This document shows positions 27,690 to 41,594 of a DNA stretch of 64,000 nt, in pieces. This DNA comes from Chiloscyllium plagiosum (lineage: Eukaryota), in assembly GCF_004010195.1 (NCBI RefSeq), contig NC_057759.1:223865-287864 (forward strand), written 5' to 3'. A model generated the notes under the pieces. That model searched no databases. It was not told where the DNA came from and saw nothing but the letters and a program-made list of their open reading frames with translations. How positions within the stretch are numbered: the stretch's first letter is position 1; every line of letters starts with the position of its first letter. Made by a program: the position numbers and the translations under genes.

Positions 27690-28185
27690 ATCCCATTTGT
27701 CGAGGTGTTGTTCGTATCTGTTTCTCAGTAAATTGGTAAAGTTTCTTTGATACAATCACTAAAGAGCAGCTCAGGCCAAGAGGAGAATCAGTCCTGTGGT
27801 CCTGTTGGAATTGCTGTCTTGAAGGAAAAACAGCCTAATGGTTATTAAATTATTACATTGTCTGTAAATCAACATTAAGTCAATGTCTCTTCTGTGTTCC
27901 TCCAGACAATTACTTGAAGGACCAAGACAGTGTTATATGTCCTTGGCACGAAGCCAAGTGTGATCAGTTTCTTCTAACAAACAGCAGTTATGTTACTTCA
28001 GTCAGACTGAAGAACATCTTTTCCATAGTCACAGAGCAGATTGAATTAGACACACACTGACTCAATTTCCAGAAAGAAATTTTCAAATCAAGAGTCAACT
28101 ACCTCAGACGAATTACAATTTTTTTCTCTCTCTCCATTCTTTATGTAAATCACCCCATTTGCCAATAATTGTTATAATTCACAGC
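27690..28185 (+). pseudogene. degenerate copy of candidate gene exons 2-3
   Basis: 82-nt exon 27906-27987 (NYLKDQDSVICPWHEAKCDQFLLTNS) with donor GT>TT; upstream region matches 52020-52150. Confidence 0.55.
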
Positions 28186-28499
28186 CATAGAGTTATAGAG
28201 GTGTAGAGCACAGAAACAGACCTTTCGGTCTGACTCATCCATGCCAACCAGATATTGGAAACTAATCATGTCACATTTGGCAGCACTAGTGCCATTTATC
28301 AGCACTTGGCCTATATCCCTCTAAACCATTCCTATTCATGTCACATCTACAAGCCTTTTAAATGTTGGAATTGTTCCAGCCTCCACCACGTCCTCTGACA
28401 GCTCATTCCATACACACACCACCACCAGCATGAAAATGTTTCCCCTTAGATCCTTTTTAAATCTTGCCCCTCTCACCCGAAACTTACGCCATCTACTCA

Positions 28500-31400
28500 G
28501 GAAAAATCAGCATTGTGGGAGAGGCATAATCGCGCATGCTCTGTTTTTGCAATGATTCCCAGAAACAGAAGAGGAGAACTAGGAAGACGGCTGAAAAGCA
28601 GGATGTCCAGAGTGGTTATCTCCGGTTTGCTTCCAGTTCCTTGGGCTGGAGAGGCCAGGAACAGGGAGATAATGGACTTGGCTGGGGAACTGGTGCAGGA
28701 AGCAAGGATTTAATTTCTTGGATCACTGGGGTATGTTTTGTGGTAAACATAAATTATACAAAAAAGATGGTTTGCACCTTAATAGGTTGGGGACCAGCAT
28801 TTTAGTAGGCAGGTTTGTTACTGCAACACAGCTGCATTTAAACTAAATAGCAGGGGGAAAGGGACAAACTGGAAGTTTAAGAAGGAAATTGAAGGGAAAA
28901 TTAGAACAAGGGAAGTCAAGAAAGACAACGGTATCAATGAAGCAGAAGACTCAAAAAGGGATTATGCCGTAAGGTTGAGTGAAATAGGGGTTGATAGGAA
29001 GGGTGAGGGCAGTAACAAATTGAAAATACTATATATGAATGCACGAAGTATTAGAAATAAGATGGATGAGCTTGAGGCCCTTTTGGAAATTGGCAGATAC
29101 GATATTGTGGGGATAACTGAGACGTGGCTTCAAGTGGACAGGGCCTGGGAAATGAATATTCAAGGCTATACGTGCTATTGTAAGGACAGACTGATGGGCA
29201 GAGGGAGTGGGGTGGCCCTGTTGGTAAAGGATGATATTCAGTCCCTTGCGCGGGGGGATCTAGAATCAAGGGATGTAGAGTCAGTATGGATAGAGCTGAG
29301 AAATTCTAAGGGGTAGAAAGACCCTCTTGGGAGTTATCTACAGGCCCTGAAACAGTAGTATGGATGTAGAGTGTAAGTTGAATAAGGAGCTGAAATTGGC
29401 CTGTCGCAAAGATGTTACTACAGTTGTTATAGGGGATTTCAACATGCAGGTAGACTGGGAGAATCAGGATGGTATTGGACCTCAAGAAAGAGACTTTGTG
29501 GAGTGCCTCCAAGATGGATTCTTAGAACAGCAGGTGCTGGAGCCTACCAGGGAGAAGGCAATTCTGGATCTGGTGTTGTGCAACGAACCAGAATTGATCA
29601 GGGACCTCGATATGAAGGAGCCATTGGGAGGTAGTGATCATAATACAATAAGCTTCAATCTGCAATTTGAAAGTGAGCGGGTAGAATCAGTAGTGACAAT
29701 ATTTCAGTTGAATAAAGGGAACTATGGAGCTATGAGGGAGGAGCTGGCCACAGTTCAATGGTGCAATACCTTAGCAGGGATGACAGTGGAGGAACAATGG
29801 CAGATATTTCTGAGCATAATGCAGAAGATGCAGGATCAGTTCATTCCAAAAAGGAAGAAAGATCCTATGAGGAGGCAGGGGTGGCCGTGGCTGACGAGGG
29901 AAGTTAAGAAGCATATAAAGTCAAAAGAGAAAAAGTATAACATAGCAAAGATGAGTGGGAAAATGGAGGACTGGGAAGCTTTTAAAGAACAACAAAGGAT
30001 TACTAAGAAGGAAATATGCAGAGAAAAAATGAGGTACAAAGGTAAACTGGCCAAACAAAAGGAGGATAGTAAAAGCTTTTTTAGGTATGTGAAAAGGAAA
30101 AAAATGGTTAAGACTAAAATTGGGCCCTTGAAGACAGAAACAGGGGAATATATTATGGGAAGCAAAGAAATGGCAGAAGAGTTGAATTGGTACTTCAGAT
30201 CTGTGTTCACTGGGGAAGACACAAGCAATCTCCCAGAGGTAACAGGACTGAAGGACCTGAACTGAAGGGATTTTATATTTGCCAGGAATTGGTGTTGGAG
30301 AGACTGTTAGGTCTGAAGGCTGATAAGTCCCTGGGGCCTGATGGTCTACATCCCAGGGTACTGAAGGAGGTGGCTCTAGAAATTGTGGATACGTTGGTGA
30401 TTATTTTCCAGAGTTCGATAGATTCAGGATCAGTTCCTGCGGATTGGAGGGTGGCTAATGTTGTACCACTTTTTAAGTAAGGTAGGAGTGAGAAAGCAGG
30501 AAATTATAGACCAGTTAGTCTGACCTCAGTGGTGGGAAAGGTGCTGGAGTATATTATAAAGGAAGAAATTACGACACTTCTGGATAGTAGTAACAGGATA
30601 GAACAGAGACAGCATGGATTTATGAAGGGGAAATCATGCTTGACTAATCTTCTGGAATTTTTTGAGGATGTAACTCTGAAGATGGACAAGGGAGATCCAG
30701 TGGATGGAGTGTACCTGGACTTTCAGAAAGCCTTTAATGAAATCCCACATAGGAGATTCGTGAGCAAAATTAGGGTGCATGGTATTGGGGGCAAAGTACT
30801 GATTTGGATTGAAAATTTGCTGGTTGACAGGAAACAAAGAATAGTATTAAACGACTCCCTTTCGGAATGGCAGGCAGTGACCAGTGGGGTACCGCAGGGA
30901 TCAGTACTGGGACCGCAGCTTTTTACAATATATATTAATGATATAGAAGATGATATTAATAGTAACATTAGCAATTTGCTGATGATACAAAGCTGGGTGG
31001 CAGGGTGAAATGTGAGGAGGATGTTAGGAGATTATAGGGTGACCTGGACAGTTTGGTGAGTGGACATATGCATGGCAGATGCAGTTTAATATGGATAAAT
31101 GTATGGTTATCCACTTTGGTGGCAAGAACCGGAAGACAGATTACTACCTAAATGGAGTCAAGTTAGGTAAAGGGGAAGTACAAAGAGATCTGGGTTGAAG
31201 GCAAGCATGCAGATACAGCAGGTAGTGAAGAAAGCTAATAGCATGCTGGCCTTCATAACAGTGGGGATTGAGTATAGAAGCAAAGAGGTTCTTCTGCAGC
31301 TGTACAGGGCCCTGGTGAGACCACACCTGGAATATTGTGTGCAGTTCTGGTCTCCAAATTTGAGGAAAGACATTCTGGCTATTGAGGGAGTGCAGCGTAG

Positions 31401-31885
31401 GTTTACGAGGTCAATTCCTGGAATGGCGGGACTATCTTATGTTAAAAGATTGGAGCGACTGGGCTTGTATACCCTTGAGTTTAGAAGACTGAGAGGGGAT
31501 CTGATTGAGACATATAAGATTATTAAAGGATTGGACACTCTGGAGGCAGGAAACATGTTTCCGCTGATGGGTGAGTCCCGAACCAGAGGACACAGCTTAA
31601 AAATAAGAGGTAGGCCATTTAGGACAGAGATGAGGAGAAACTTCTTCACCCAGAGAGTGGTCAGTGTGTGGAATGCTCTGCCCCAGAAGGCAGTGGAGGC
31701 CCAATCTCTCGATTCATTTAAGAAAGAGTTAGATAGAGCTCTCAAGGGCAGTGGAATCAAGGGTTATGAAGATAAGGCAGGAACAGGATACTGATTGAGG
31801 ATGATCAGCCATGATCATAATGAATGGTGGTGCAGGCTCGAAGGGCAGACTGGCCTACTCCTGCACCTTTTGTCTCTTGTCTATT
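28500..31885 (+). mobile_element. near-complete CR1 LINE (ORF1 esterase tail, ORF2 APE plus RT), frameshifted
   Basis: SRVVISGLLPVP; YMNARSIRNK, GITETWL, GDFN, LDLVL, SDH; QHGF, DFQKAF, GVPQGSVLGP; stop at 31794; TTGTCTATT tail. Confidence 0.95.
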
Positions 31886-33311
31886 AAACAAACATCAATT
31901 GGTCATTTCCCCAATTCCCTTTTCTCCCAGTTTGACCAAAGGAACTGGGGCTGTGGGGAGAAAGAGCAGGAAATGTTTCAAACTGGGACGTTGCCCCTTT
32001 ATGAAGATCCATTGGTGCTCATTCCCGGGTCATGTTAATAACTCCTCCCTCCGGCTCTCTCACAATCTGATCAGGGAGTGGAGAAGCTGGCGGGCACTCG
32101 GTCCATCCCCTGCATTCCCCCATTCGATAACATCACGTCTGATTGAATGTTAACTGTGGTATTTAATCCTGCTGGCCCCTCATCCACAAATATTAACCTC
32201 TTGCCCAAAGTAACATCGAGAGAGATGGAATAAGTGGAGCATTCTTACGAAGGCAGAAAATAACTGATGGAGAGAGTCTTGAATCACAGTGTCAGAGCTT
32301 ATTTCTGGGTCAGGAGGCCCGTGCAAAAATCAGACCAGGTCAGCAACAACATTTCTGGAACTCGATTTAGTTTGTCGTGGATGATACATTTTAGTGTTAG
32401 GTATGCTGCAGACAGAAACCTTGTAATGTATTGTATGCCACAACGAGAGACCCCAGCTGTTTTTGTTTATTCACTCCTGGATGTCGCTGGCTGAGCCTAG
32501 CATTTATTCTCCATCCCTTTGAGAAGGCAGTGTTGAGCCACCTTCTGGAACAGCTGTTGTCCCTGTGCTGCCCACAATGCCATGAGCACGGAGTTCCAGG
32601 GTCTTGATCCAGTGACAGCGAAAGAAAGCGGTTTTATTTCCAAGTCAGCATGATGAGTGCCTTGGATGGGAGCTTGTCCGATATCAAGGCGGTGTTCCCT
32701 GACATCAGCTGCCTTTATCCTTTTAGATGGAAGTAGTCGCAATTTGGAAGGTCCTCCTTTTACAAATTACAAAACTCGAATCTCTTTGTCAGCGGCACAG
32801 ACAGACGTCTCTCCGGCCAACAGCGAGAAATCAGAATAGTGTGTTGCCTCCCTGGTGATAGGATCAACGATATCTCGGAGAGAATGTACGATATTCACAA
32901 AGGGGAGTACACATTGGAACTAACTACGTAGGAAGAGAAAGGGTTGAGATTCCGAAGGAAGAATAAGGAAGAGAGAAATTAGAAAGGAGATCCACTCCGG
33001 TAGTAATATTTAGATTACTCTCGCTGTTACGAGCGAGTGAGGGAAGGAATAGGATGATAGAGCAGAGGAATGCCCAACTCAGGAGCTGGTGCAGGGGAGA
33101 GGGGTTCCCATTGTTGGATCATGGAATCTCTTCTGGGGATGAAATGACCGGTATAAAAAAGAAGCATTGCACCCGAATTGGAAGGGATCTAATATACTGG
33201 TAGGGACATTTCCTTGAGCTGCTGGGGAGGGGTCAAACTGGTAAGGTGTTGGGGTGTGGGGAGGTCAGTGAGAACCAGGGAGATAGTGAACAAAGGGATC
33301 TATCTGAGACT

Positions 33312-33514
33312 GTTAAAAATCACACAACACCAGGTTATATTCCAACAGGTTTAATTGGAAGCACACTAGCTTTCGGAGCGACGCTCCTTCATCAGGTGAA
33401 GGAGCGTCGCTCCGAAGGCTAGTGTGCTTCCAATTAAACCTGTTGGACTATAACCTGGTGTTGTGTGATTTTTAACTTTGTACATCCCAGTCCAACACCG
33501 GCATCTCGGAATCA
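33312..33514. mobile_element. foldback PLE end, family B: 80-bp arms, 5-nt loop
   Basis: Arms 33312-33391 and 33397-33476 with 2 mismatches; TSD ATCTGAGACT at 33302-33311 and 33515-33524. Confidence 0.9.
33364..33398 (-). ncRNA. minimal type I hammerhead motif, family B
   Basis: Reverse complement CAC-CTGATGA-A-GGAGC-GTC-GCTCC-GAAAG-CTA-GTG with perfect helices I and II. Confidence 0.7.
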
Positions 33515-35721
33515 ATCTGAGACTAGTAATCGGTAAGTCAAATAACCCAGGACAGATAGGAAAATAGCAGAGTATGAGATAGGATTGATCACTTAAACTG
33601 CATTTATTTCAATGCAAGAGGCCTAACAGGGAAGGAGGAGGAACTCTGGGCATAGTAAGGAAAATGGGATTGGAATTGGAATTTCATAGCAATTACAGAG
33701 ACATGGTTTGGGGATGACACAACTGGCAGCTTAATGTTCCAGGAATCAAATGTTACAGGAAGGATGGGAGGGAAGGGTCAGCAAGAGAAAATGGGGAGTG
33801 ACATAGAGACATAGACATAGAAAAGTACAGCACAGAACAGGCCCTTAGGCCCACAATATTGTGCCGAGACTTAATCCCAATGTAAAATATAGTAACTTAA
33901 CCTATGCACCCCTCAACTCACTGCTATTCATGTGCATTTCCAGCAGTCGCTTAAATGTCCCCAATGACTTTGCTTCCACCATCTCAGCTGGCAACACTGT
34001 CCATGCATTCACAAATCTCTGCATACATGTTTGGTAAGAGACAACATCACACCTTTACTTAGGGAGGATTTCCCTGGGCTTATATCCATGGAAATTATTT
34101 GGGTGAAACTGAGAAATAAGAAAGGGTTTGATCTCCTTTTTGGGATTGGACTGCAGACACCCAACAGTCAACAGGAAATTGAGAAACAAATTTGTCAGGA
34201 GATCTTAGATCTGCAGGAATAATGGTGTGGTTATGGTGAGGAATTTTGACATTCCAAACATGGATTAAGGCTGCTATATTGTTAATGGTTTAGACAGAGA
34301 GGAATTTCTTAAGTGTGTACAAGAAAACTTTCTGATTCAGTATGTGAATGTACCTTCTAAACAAGGTGCAAAACTTGATCTACTCTTATGATATAATGAT
34401 GTGTCAGTGGATGAGCACTTTGGGGTCAGGGACCATAATTTTATTAGTTTTAAAACTGATGGAAAAGGATAGACCAGATCTAAAAGTAAAATTTCTAATT
34501 TGGAGGAAGGCCAATTTTGAGAGTATTGTGCAAGAACTTTCAAATGTTGAATGAGGGCACAGTTGTTTACAGGCAAAGGGATGGCTGGAAACTGGGAAGC
34601 CTTCAAAAATGAGAAAACAAATGCTCAGAAACAGTACGTTCCTGTTAAAGTGAAAGGCATAACTGGTAGGTGTAGGAAATGTTGCATGAGAAAAGAAGTT
34701 GAGGTTTTGGTCCAAATAAGAAGGAAGCATATGTTAGTTAAATACAGCAGAGGTTGAGTGAATCCTTCGAAGAGTATAAAGGCAGTAGGGATATACTTAA
34801 GAAGAAAATCAGGAGGGCAAAAAGGGACATAAATACTATTTGCCAAAGCTATCTTATGAGAAGACAAATACATTGTATAAATACATGAAGGTCAAAAGGG
34901 TAACCAGGGAAAGAATAGGGCTCAGCAAAGATTAGCAAGGCAGCCTCTGTGTGGAACAACAGGAAATGTGGAAGATACTAAGTGAGTGCTTACTGAGGAG
35001 AAGGAAATGGAAGATACAGAATGTGGGGAAACATGGTGACATCTTGAAAAATGTCCATAATACACAGGAGGTGCTGCTGGATGTTTTTAAACAGAAAAGG
35101 TGGATAAAGCACGAGCACCCAATCAGGTGTACCCTGGAACATGATGATAAGCTAGGGAAGTGCTTGTTGGGCCCCTTGCTGAGTTATTTGTATCATGCAT
35201 AGTCACAGGTGAAGTGCAAAAAGACTGGAGGCTGGCTAACATGGTGCCATTATTTAAGAAAGGTGGTAAGTTAAAGCCAGGGAACTATTGAACAGTGAGC
35301 GTAACATCGACAGTAGTAAAACAGTTGAGGGGATTGTGAGAGACAGGATTTACATCTTTTTGAAAGATTGATTAGAGGTAGTCATCATGGCTTTCTGTGT
35401 GGGAAGTCATGTATCATTAACTCGACTGAGGTTTTTTGAATTGGTAAGGAGCAGGACTGATGAGGGCAAAGTGGTGGATGTGATCTCTATGGCCTTCAGT
35501 AAGGCGTTTGACAAGGTTTCCCATGGGAAATTGGTTAGCAAGATTGGATCACATGGAGTAGAAGGAGAACTAGCCATTTGGATTCAGAACTTGTTCAAAG
35601 GTAGAAGACAGAGGATGGTGGTGGAGGGATGCTTTTCAGACTGGAGGCTTGTGACAAGTGATGTGCTTCAAGGATCACTGCAGGGTCCATTGCTTTTCAT
35701 CATTTATATAAATGATTTTAA

Positions 35722-35915
35722 TTAAAAAATGACAGACCACCAGGTTATATTCCAACAGTTTTATTTGGAAGTACAAACTTTCAGAGTGCTGCTCCTCCAT
35801 CAGGTGTCTATATTTAGAAAACTTGTACTTCCAAGTAAACCTGTTGGACTATAACCTGGTGGTTTGTCATTTTTAACTTTGCATACCCCAGTCCAGTACC
35901 AGCACCTCCACATTA
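35722..35915. mobile_element. foldback PLE end, family B (older)
   Basis: TTAAAAAATGACAGACCACCAGGTTATA ... TATAACCTGGTGGTTTGTCATTTTTAA; flanked by AT(A/G)AATGATTT. Confidence 0.8.
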
Positions 35916-36651
35916 TTATGAATGATTTGGATGTGAGGTTGCAGGTATTGTTAGTAAGTTTGCAGATTACACAAAATTTGGAGGTGTACTAAATAGCAAA
36001 GAAGGCTACCTCAGAATATAGCAGGATCTCGATCAGATGGGCCACTGGACCCAGGAGTGGCACATTGAGTTCAATTTAAATCAATATGAGGTGCTGCAAT
36101 TTGGAAAGACAAATCAGGGCAGGACCTTCACACTGCATATTAAGGTCCTGTGGAATGTTGCTGAACAAAGAGACCTTGGAATGCAGGTTCGTTATTGCTT
36201 GGAAGTGGAGTTATAGTTAGATAAGATAGCAAAGAAGGCAATTGATATGTTTTCCTTTACTGGTCTGACCTTTGAGTATGTGACTTAGGAGAACACGTTG
36301 TGGGTGTACAGAACATTGTTTATGCCACATTTGGAGTATTAGGTGCAATTCTGGTCTCTCTCCTATAGAAAGGATGTTGTGAAACTTGAAACGGCTATTC
36401 AAGATAGTTTTTGGTCCAAAGAAGAGGCCTACAATTTAGGAAGAAATATAGCCACAGACATGAAGGCTGCAAACAGATCCAAATTCAGCAAATGGACAGG
36501 GAAAAGGGATTTGACTAACAAAGAGCAAATGAAAAAAACAGTAATGTTGCAGAAGCCATTAAAAACAAAAGCAACTATTAAAGCACCAGTAAATATGTAA
36601 AGAGAGAAAGGAACATAAATAGGTTGGTAAAGAGGACATAAAACAGGGGAG

Positions 36652-36836
36652 GAAATGAGGACTGCAGATGCTGGAGATCAGAGCTTAAAAATGTGTTGCT
36701 GGAAAAGCGCAGCAGGTCAGGCAGCATCAAAGGAGAAGGAGAATCGACGTTTTGGGCATAATGCCCGAAACGTCGATTCTCCTTCTCCTTTGATGCTGCC
36801 TGACCTGCTGCGCTTTTCCAGCAACACATTTTAAAG
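36652..36836. mobile_element. foldback element, family A
   Basis: Near-perfect palindrome centred on GGGCATAATGCCC; TSD CATAAAACAGGGGAG at 36637-36651 and 36837-36851. Confidence 0.88.
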
Positions 36837-38151
36837 CATAAAACAGGGGAGTTCAACATGGGGAACGAAAATGTCTCAAAAATCACTAACATACCGTTGT
36901 TTTCTGTTCAGAAATGTTCACACAACTAACCGAGTAGTTAATGTTGGGGTATTCGGTGAGAGGGAAAAACTGAACCAAATCAGTATTATTTGGGAAATGA
37001 TGTTGGGACAGTGGATAGGATTGAGCGTTGTGAAACAGCAGGTCTTGATCATCTATGTCCCAGAGTATTTAATGTAGTGGGCTGAGTAATTGTGGATGCA
37101 GTGGTGCTCATGTTCCGAGATTCTATAGGCTCTGCAATAATTTACATAGACGGGGCTAGCTAGAGTAATCAATCCAACGGAAAATGGAGGTAAGTATAAA
37201 ATTGAGAAATATAGACCAGTCAGCCTGTAGGGAAAAATCAAAATGAAAGCTTCAGTTGTGAAGCATTTGACAAAACAATATTCAGGATCTGCTAGAATCA
37301 GCATGGACATGAAGGACCTATTCCAGTGCACACTGTTCTGTCTTCTAAGCTTGTCAAACTGACTGGCCATCTTTGAGGATGTAAACAGGAGAGCTGATGA
37401 GAGTGTAACAGTTACTGAGAAGAAAAACTGCAACTAAATCCCTGGACACCGCAGCAAAGGTTGAAAGGAGGAGAAATTCTATCCTTCCACACTTACATTT
37501 GGTGATATTTCTGGCGTGTGACTGTGTAAATGTGAATATTGTGTCAGAGAGGCTGTCGGAAAAGAGCGGATGGTTAGTGTTCGCCAATATTATGATATTT
37601 CCAAGTCTTATGTAACTCAAAAAGATTTTCAATTCAAGTTATCCCCCTGCTCCCCTTCTAAACCTCAAAGCTAGAGTTGAAAGCAATATATTTGTTAATT
37701 TCAAGATTTCGGTCGAAAGGTAGCGACAATGTCACCGTTCAGCTCAGAGCGCAATCAGCAAAATGCATTAAACTCGACAACAGAGCCGTCTATTCGAGTG
37801 AAAACTTTTCGGCCGCAAACCTTCCACTGTCAGGGTGAGGAAGGGCATGTGCCCGAAACGTCGAATCTTCTGTTCCCCAGATGCTGCCTGACCTGCTGTG
37901 CTGTTCCAGCAATAAAGTTTCAGCTGAGGAGCGATCGAGCCTGGCTCTCTGGAGATGCGGAATTTCAGAGAAATCGGAGAGTTTAGGCTTTTAGAGAAAC
38001 ACAGAGAGGCACCAAGAGCAGGGAGCTGACAGCAGGTTGTCCCTGCGCCGTCCGCTCGCTGCCTTGATGTTGCTCAGTGCCGCCCCCAGCAGCTCCATTG
38101 CTGACCCGGTTCAGACTGTCCCAGAGAGAGATTCAGCGCCGAGTTCTCAGC

Positions 38152-38771
38152 ATGAGTGACGGCACAGCCGCCGAAACGGCTCCTCCAGCCTCCGCTCCCA
38201 CCAAAGCTAAGGCTCCCAGGAAAAAAACACCCGGTCCCGGGTTGGGAGAGCTGATTCTGAAGGCTGTCGGGGATATGAAGGATCGCAAAGGGACGTCTCT
38301 GTCCGCTATAAAGATGGCGCTGGAGAGAAGCGGGATCGATGTGGAAAAGCGAAAGGTACAGATTAAGATGAGGTGCCTGGCGAACGGCTCCCTTGTTCTG
38401 GTCAAGGGCCAGGGCGTCTCCGGCTCCTTCAAACTCCCTAAGAATCCAGTCAAGGCAAAAGCGGGAAAGAAGGTGGGAACATCAGCAGACGCCAAGAAAC
38501 CGGCCGTGAAGAAATCACCAGCATGAAGGCGACAGCAAAGAAATCCCAGGCCAAGAAAGCGACAGCCAAGAAATCCCCAGCCAAAAAAGCGAGCGGCAAG
38601 AAGACGGCACCGCCAAAGAAAGCGGTGAGCAAAGCAGCGACAAAGAAACGGACTCCCGTGAAGAAGGTGAAAAAGACCAAGGGCCCGAAAGCCTCCAAAC
38701 CCCTCAGCAAACCGGCTAAAAGCAAGGCCAAGCCCAAAGCAAAAGTGACCAAGACAGCAGCAAAAAAATGA
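38152..38771 (+). pseudogene. H1: histone H1 pseudogene
   Basis: MSDGTAAETAPPA..., globular domain GELILKAV..RKGTSLSAIK..KGQGVSGSFKL with an apparent short deletion in helix 3; frameshift gives TGA at 38524-38526 while the K/A/P tail continues in another frame; only the 3' arm of the stem-loop remains; H1 box AAACACA at 37997-38003. Confidence 0.9.
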
Positions 38772-39499
38772 ACCAGTCGGTGTAATATATAACCATCTTA
38801 ACAGAGCCACCCACATCTCTCAGGAAAGAGCTTAACCTGGACGAGTGCAGACCTACCTTAGATATTAATTGATATGAATAACTCAAACACTCGTGACATG
38901 GTTCACGAAAGCTGAGACCTGTGAATGGGGAAGGTATCACATAGGGGAGGTTTATTGATCTCCATCTGGTTATTTCAATTCGCGACTTATAACTGTACCG
39001 AGTCACGAATGTGACATATTGTAGTATTTGTATTTCATTGACCCGTTCAGGAATGTTACTTTGTTCACTTTTGATTCTGAGACCCTGCGGATGTTTTCAT
39101 GGCGTGTTCCTTCCATCTGCCTGTTACAGACAGTTCAAGCAGCAATTCCACATTGTCTTCGGGCTAATTACAATCTGGGGGTAACAAAAAATAACAGATA
39201 AAGAGAGAGTCTGTCCTTTTATCGGTGTATACTGCATTAGCTTTTAAGATGTTAAAATTGGCGGGGTTGTTTAGATTGACTCACGGCCGGTTGTTCCGTT
39301 TGTCTGGGCTGTTTTAAACCCCGCCTTTCCTCCTGCCTGTTACATACAGATCAGACAATGATCCTGCCTCCTGTCCGCGCTGACAGCTAACTAGGTTTTA
39401 AAGAATTACTATAAAATATAAAATTTTATCTTAGTTGCAGACGGATGGAGTTTTGCGTTTTAATGGTTAATTTAATTTCAGTGTTTGTGAGGGTAAATT

Positions 39500-39670
39500 C
39501 GGCAGGCATTTTGAAATTGACCAACTGTCATTTCACGTTATCCAATCATAACTCCAACAATTCTTTTCCTGCCTTTTCTGTGCCTTCCGGAGCTGTTTCT
39601 CTGTCGGTTGAGGGACAGGGCTGTATCCAATCGCAGTTCTAGGGCGGGCTCTCCATTCCCTTAAACAGGC
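39500..39670 (+). promoter_or_regulatory. H3 promoter
   Basis: CCAAT at 39542 and 39627, GGGCGG at 39642, TATA variant CTTAAA at 39660. Confidence 0.7.
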
Positions 39671-39729
39671 AGCACCGCAGCACCCTCAGCATTGACAGCA
39701 TCAGCCTGTGCGTGTGTTACAGCGCGTAG

Positions 39730-40146
<417 letters not shown>

Positions 40147-40208
40147 AAGGAGCCTGGCCGGTCTTGCACATTCACCCCGAGAGAGAGAGAGAGAGAGAGA
40201 AACACAAC

Positions 40209-40250
40209 GGCTCTTTTCAGAGCCACTAAACCATCCAGAGAGAGCGGGAA
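40209..40250 (+). terminator. H3 3' stem-loop and HDE
   Basis: GGCTCTTTTCAGAGCC at 40209-40224; GAGAGAGCGGG downstream. Confidence 0.95.
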
Positions 40251-41594
40251 GCGATAGGGGATCTGAGAGCACGACATTAATTTGTTCTTTACGCACGATG
40301 TCAATTCTGTTGTTATTAAATATATTTAATAGCCGGGGGGAGTTAGATGGAAGACACACGGCTTTCACGGTAATTATTAGAACATTGCGATGAATGTTAT
40401 GCAATTTTTACACAATATATTAGGTAGGGGAGAATTAATTCCGGATGAAATCTCTCCTCATTGTCTCCCTTGTTCCCACCAGCTGTAACTATATGATCAT
40501 TGCTGAGAAAGCAGATGGGAAGAAATGACACCAAATCATCAACCGTTTTCTTTCAAATTTGAAAATCCCGCCACGATGTAGATCAGAGAAGGTCGTTTTA
40601 CAGAAAACACTGCATTCGTACTTACTCGTTAGTTTGCTTTTCGTTTATAGTAATGCAATTCACACGATCTTTCTTTCGGGTAATGAGTCCAGAAGCTATT
40701 TAAAGGATTCGAGATTCTCTTCGGAGGGAAGGTTCAGACTCGATGGGCCGACTGCCCTCATTCAGTCTTGTCAAGATTTCATGACCGTTCTTGGCCGTGA
40801 GCACATTATTGCAAAAGCTCCACATGAACTATTCCAGTCCGGCAAATGTTCTGGTTTGATCTCGGTTCATTTCGAAAGCTTCTAGCCAACAGCAGAAAGC
40901 CTAATTTACATCATTCAATCATCATTCCCAACGGAACCCTCGCGGAGTTTTGGAAATTGAAAAAAAAATCAGTGTGAAATGTATCTGTGGGTCTGTAAGA
41001 AAAGGGGCACTTCTTTTGTTTCCCAGTGGTGACACTCAGAACTCACATCCCAACCAGGGCTTGCAGCTCCTGGAATAATCAAATATTAAGAGAGTAACTT
41101 GAGCAAATAGCAGCAAAGAGAAAAAAAAATGCACTGGTGTTTAATGTGCTCCCTGGAGGCAGGAAGAGAGGGCACGTTCTCTTGAAGCCAGCGCCAAATC
41201 ATCAACAACTTTCCCATTTGAAAAGCCGGCCAATTTGCAAGCAACGGAGTACGTTTTGCATTGAAAAAGAGGACGTTGTTCAGAGGAGGATCCATCAATA
41301 CTTGTTAATTGAGCATCGGAAGCTGAGGGGTGATTTTTACAGCTGCTTATAAAATCCTGAGTTGATAGGATGAAAAGCCAAGGTCTTTTTCCTTGGGTGG
41401 GGGAGCATAGATGACATAGGTTTAAGGTGAGGGGGGGGGGGGGGGAGGCAAAGATTTAAAAAATAACCAGAGGAGCAACTTTTTCATGCAGAGGGTGATG
41501 TGCATATGGAATGAGCTTCCAGAGGAAGTGATGAAGGTGGGAACAATTACAACATTTAAAAGGAGCCTGGAGCAGTAAATGAACGGGAAGGATT

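Larger units (their letters stand above)
32790..36390 (+). mobile_element. older degenerate CR1 LINE with nested insertions
   Basis: ORF1-like VCCLPG near 32840; APE from about 33590; FSKAFDKVSHG and QGSLQGPLLF; an inverted CR1 tail sits at about 33805-34025. Confidence 0.85.
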
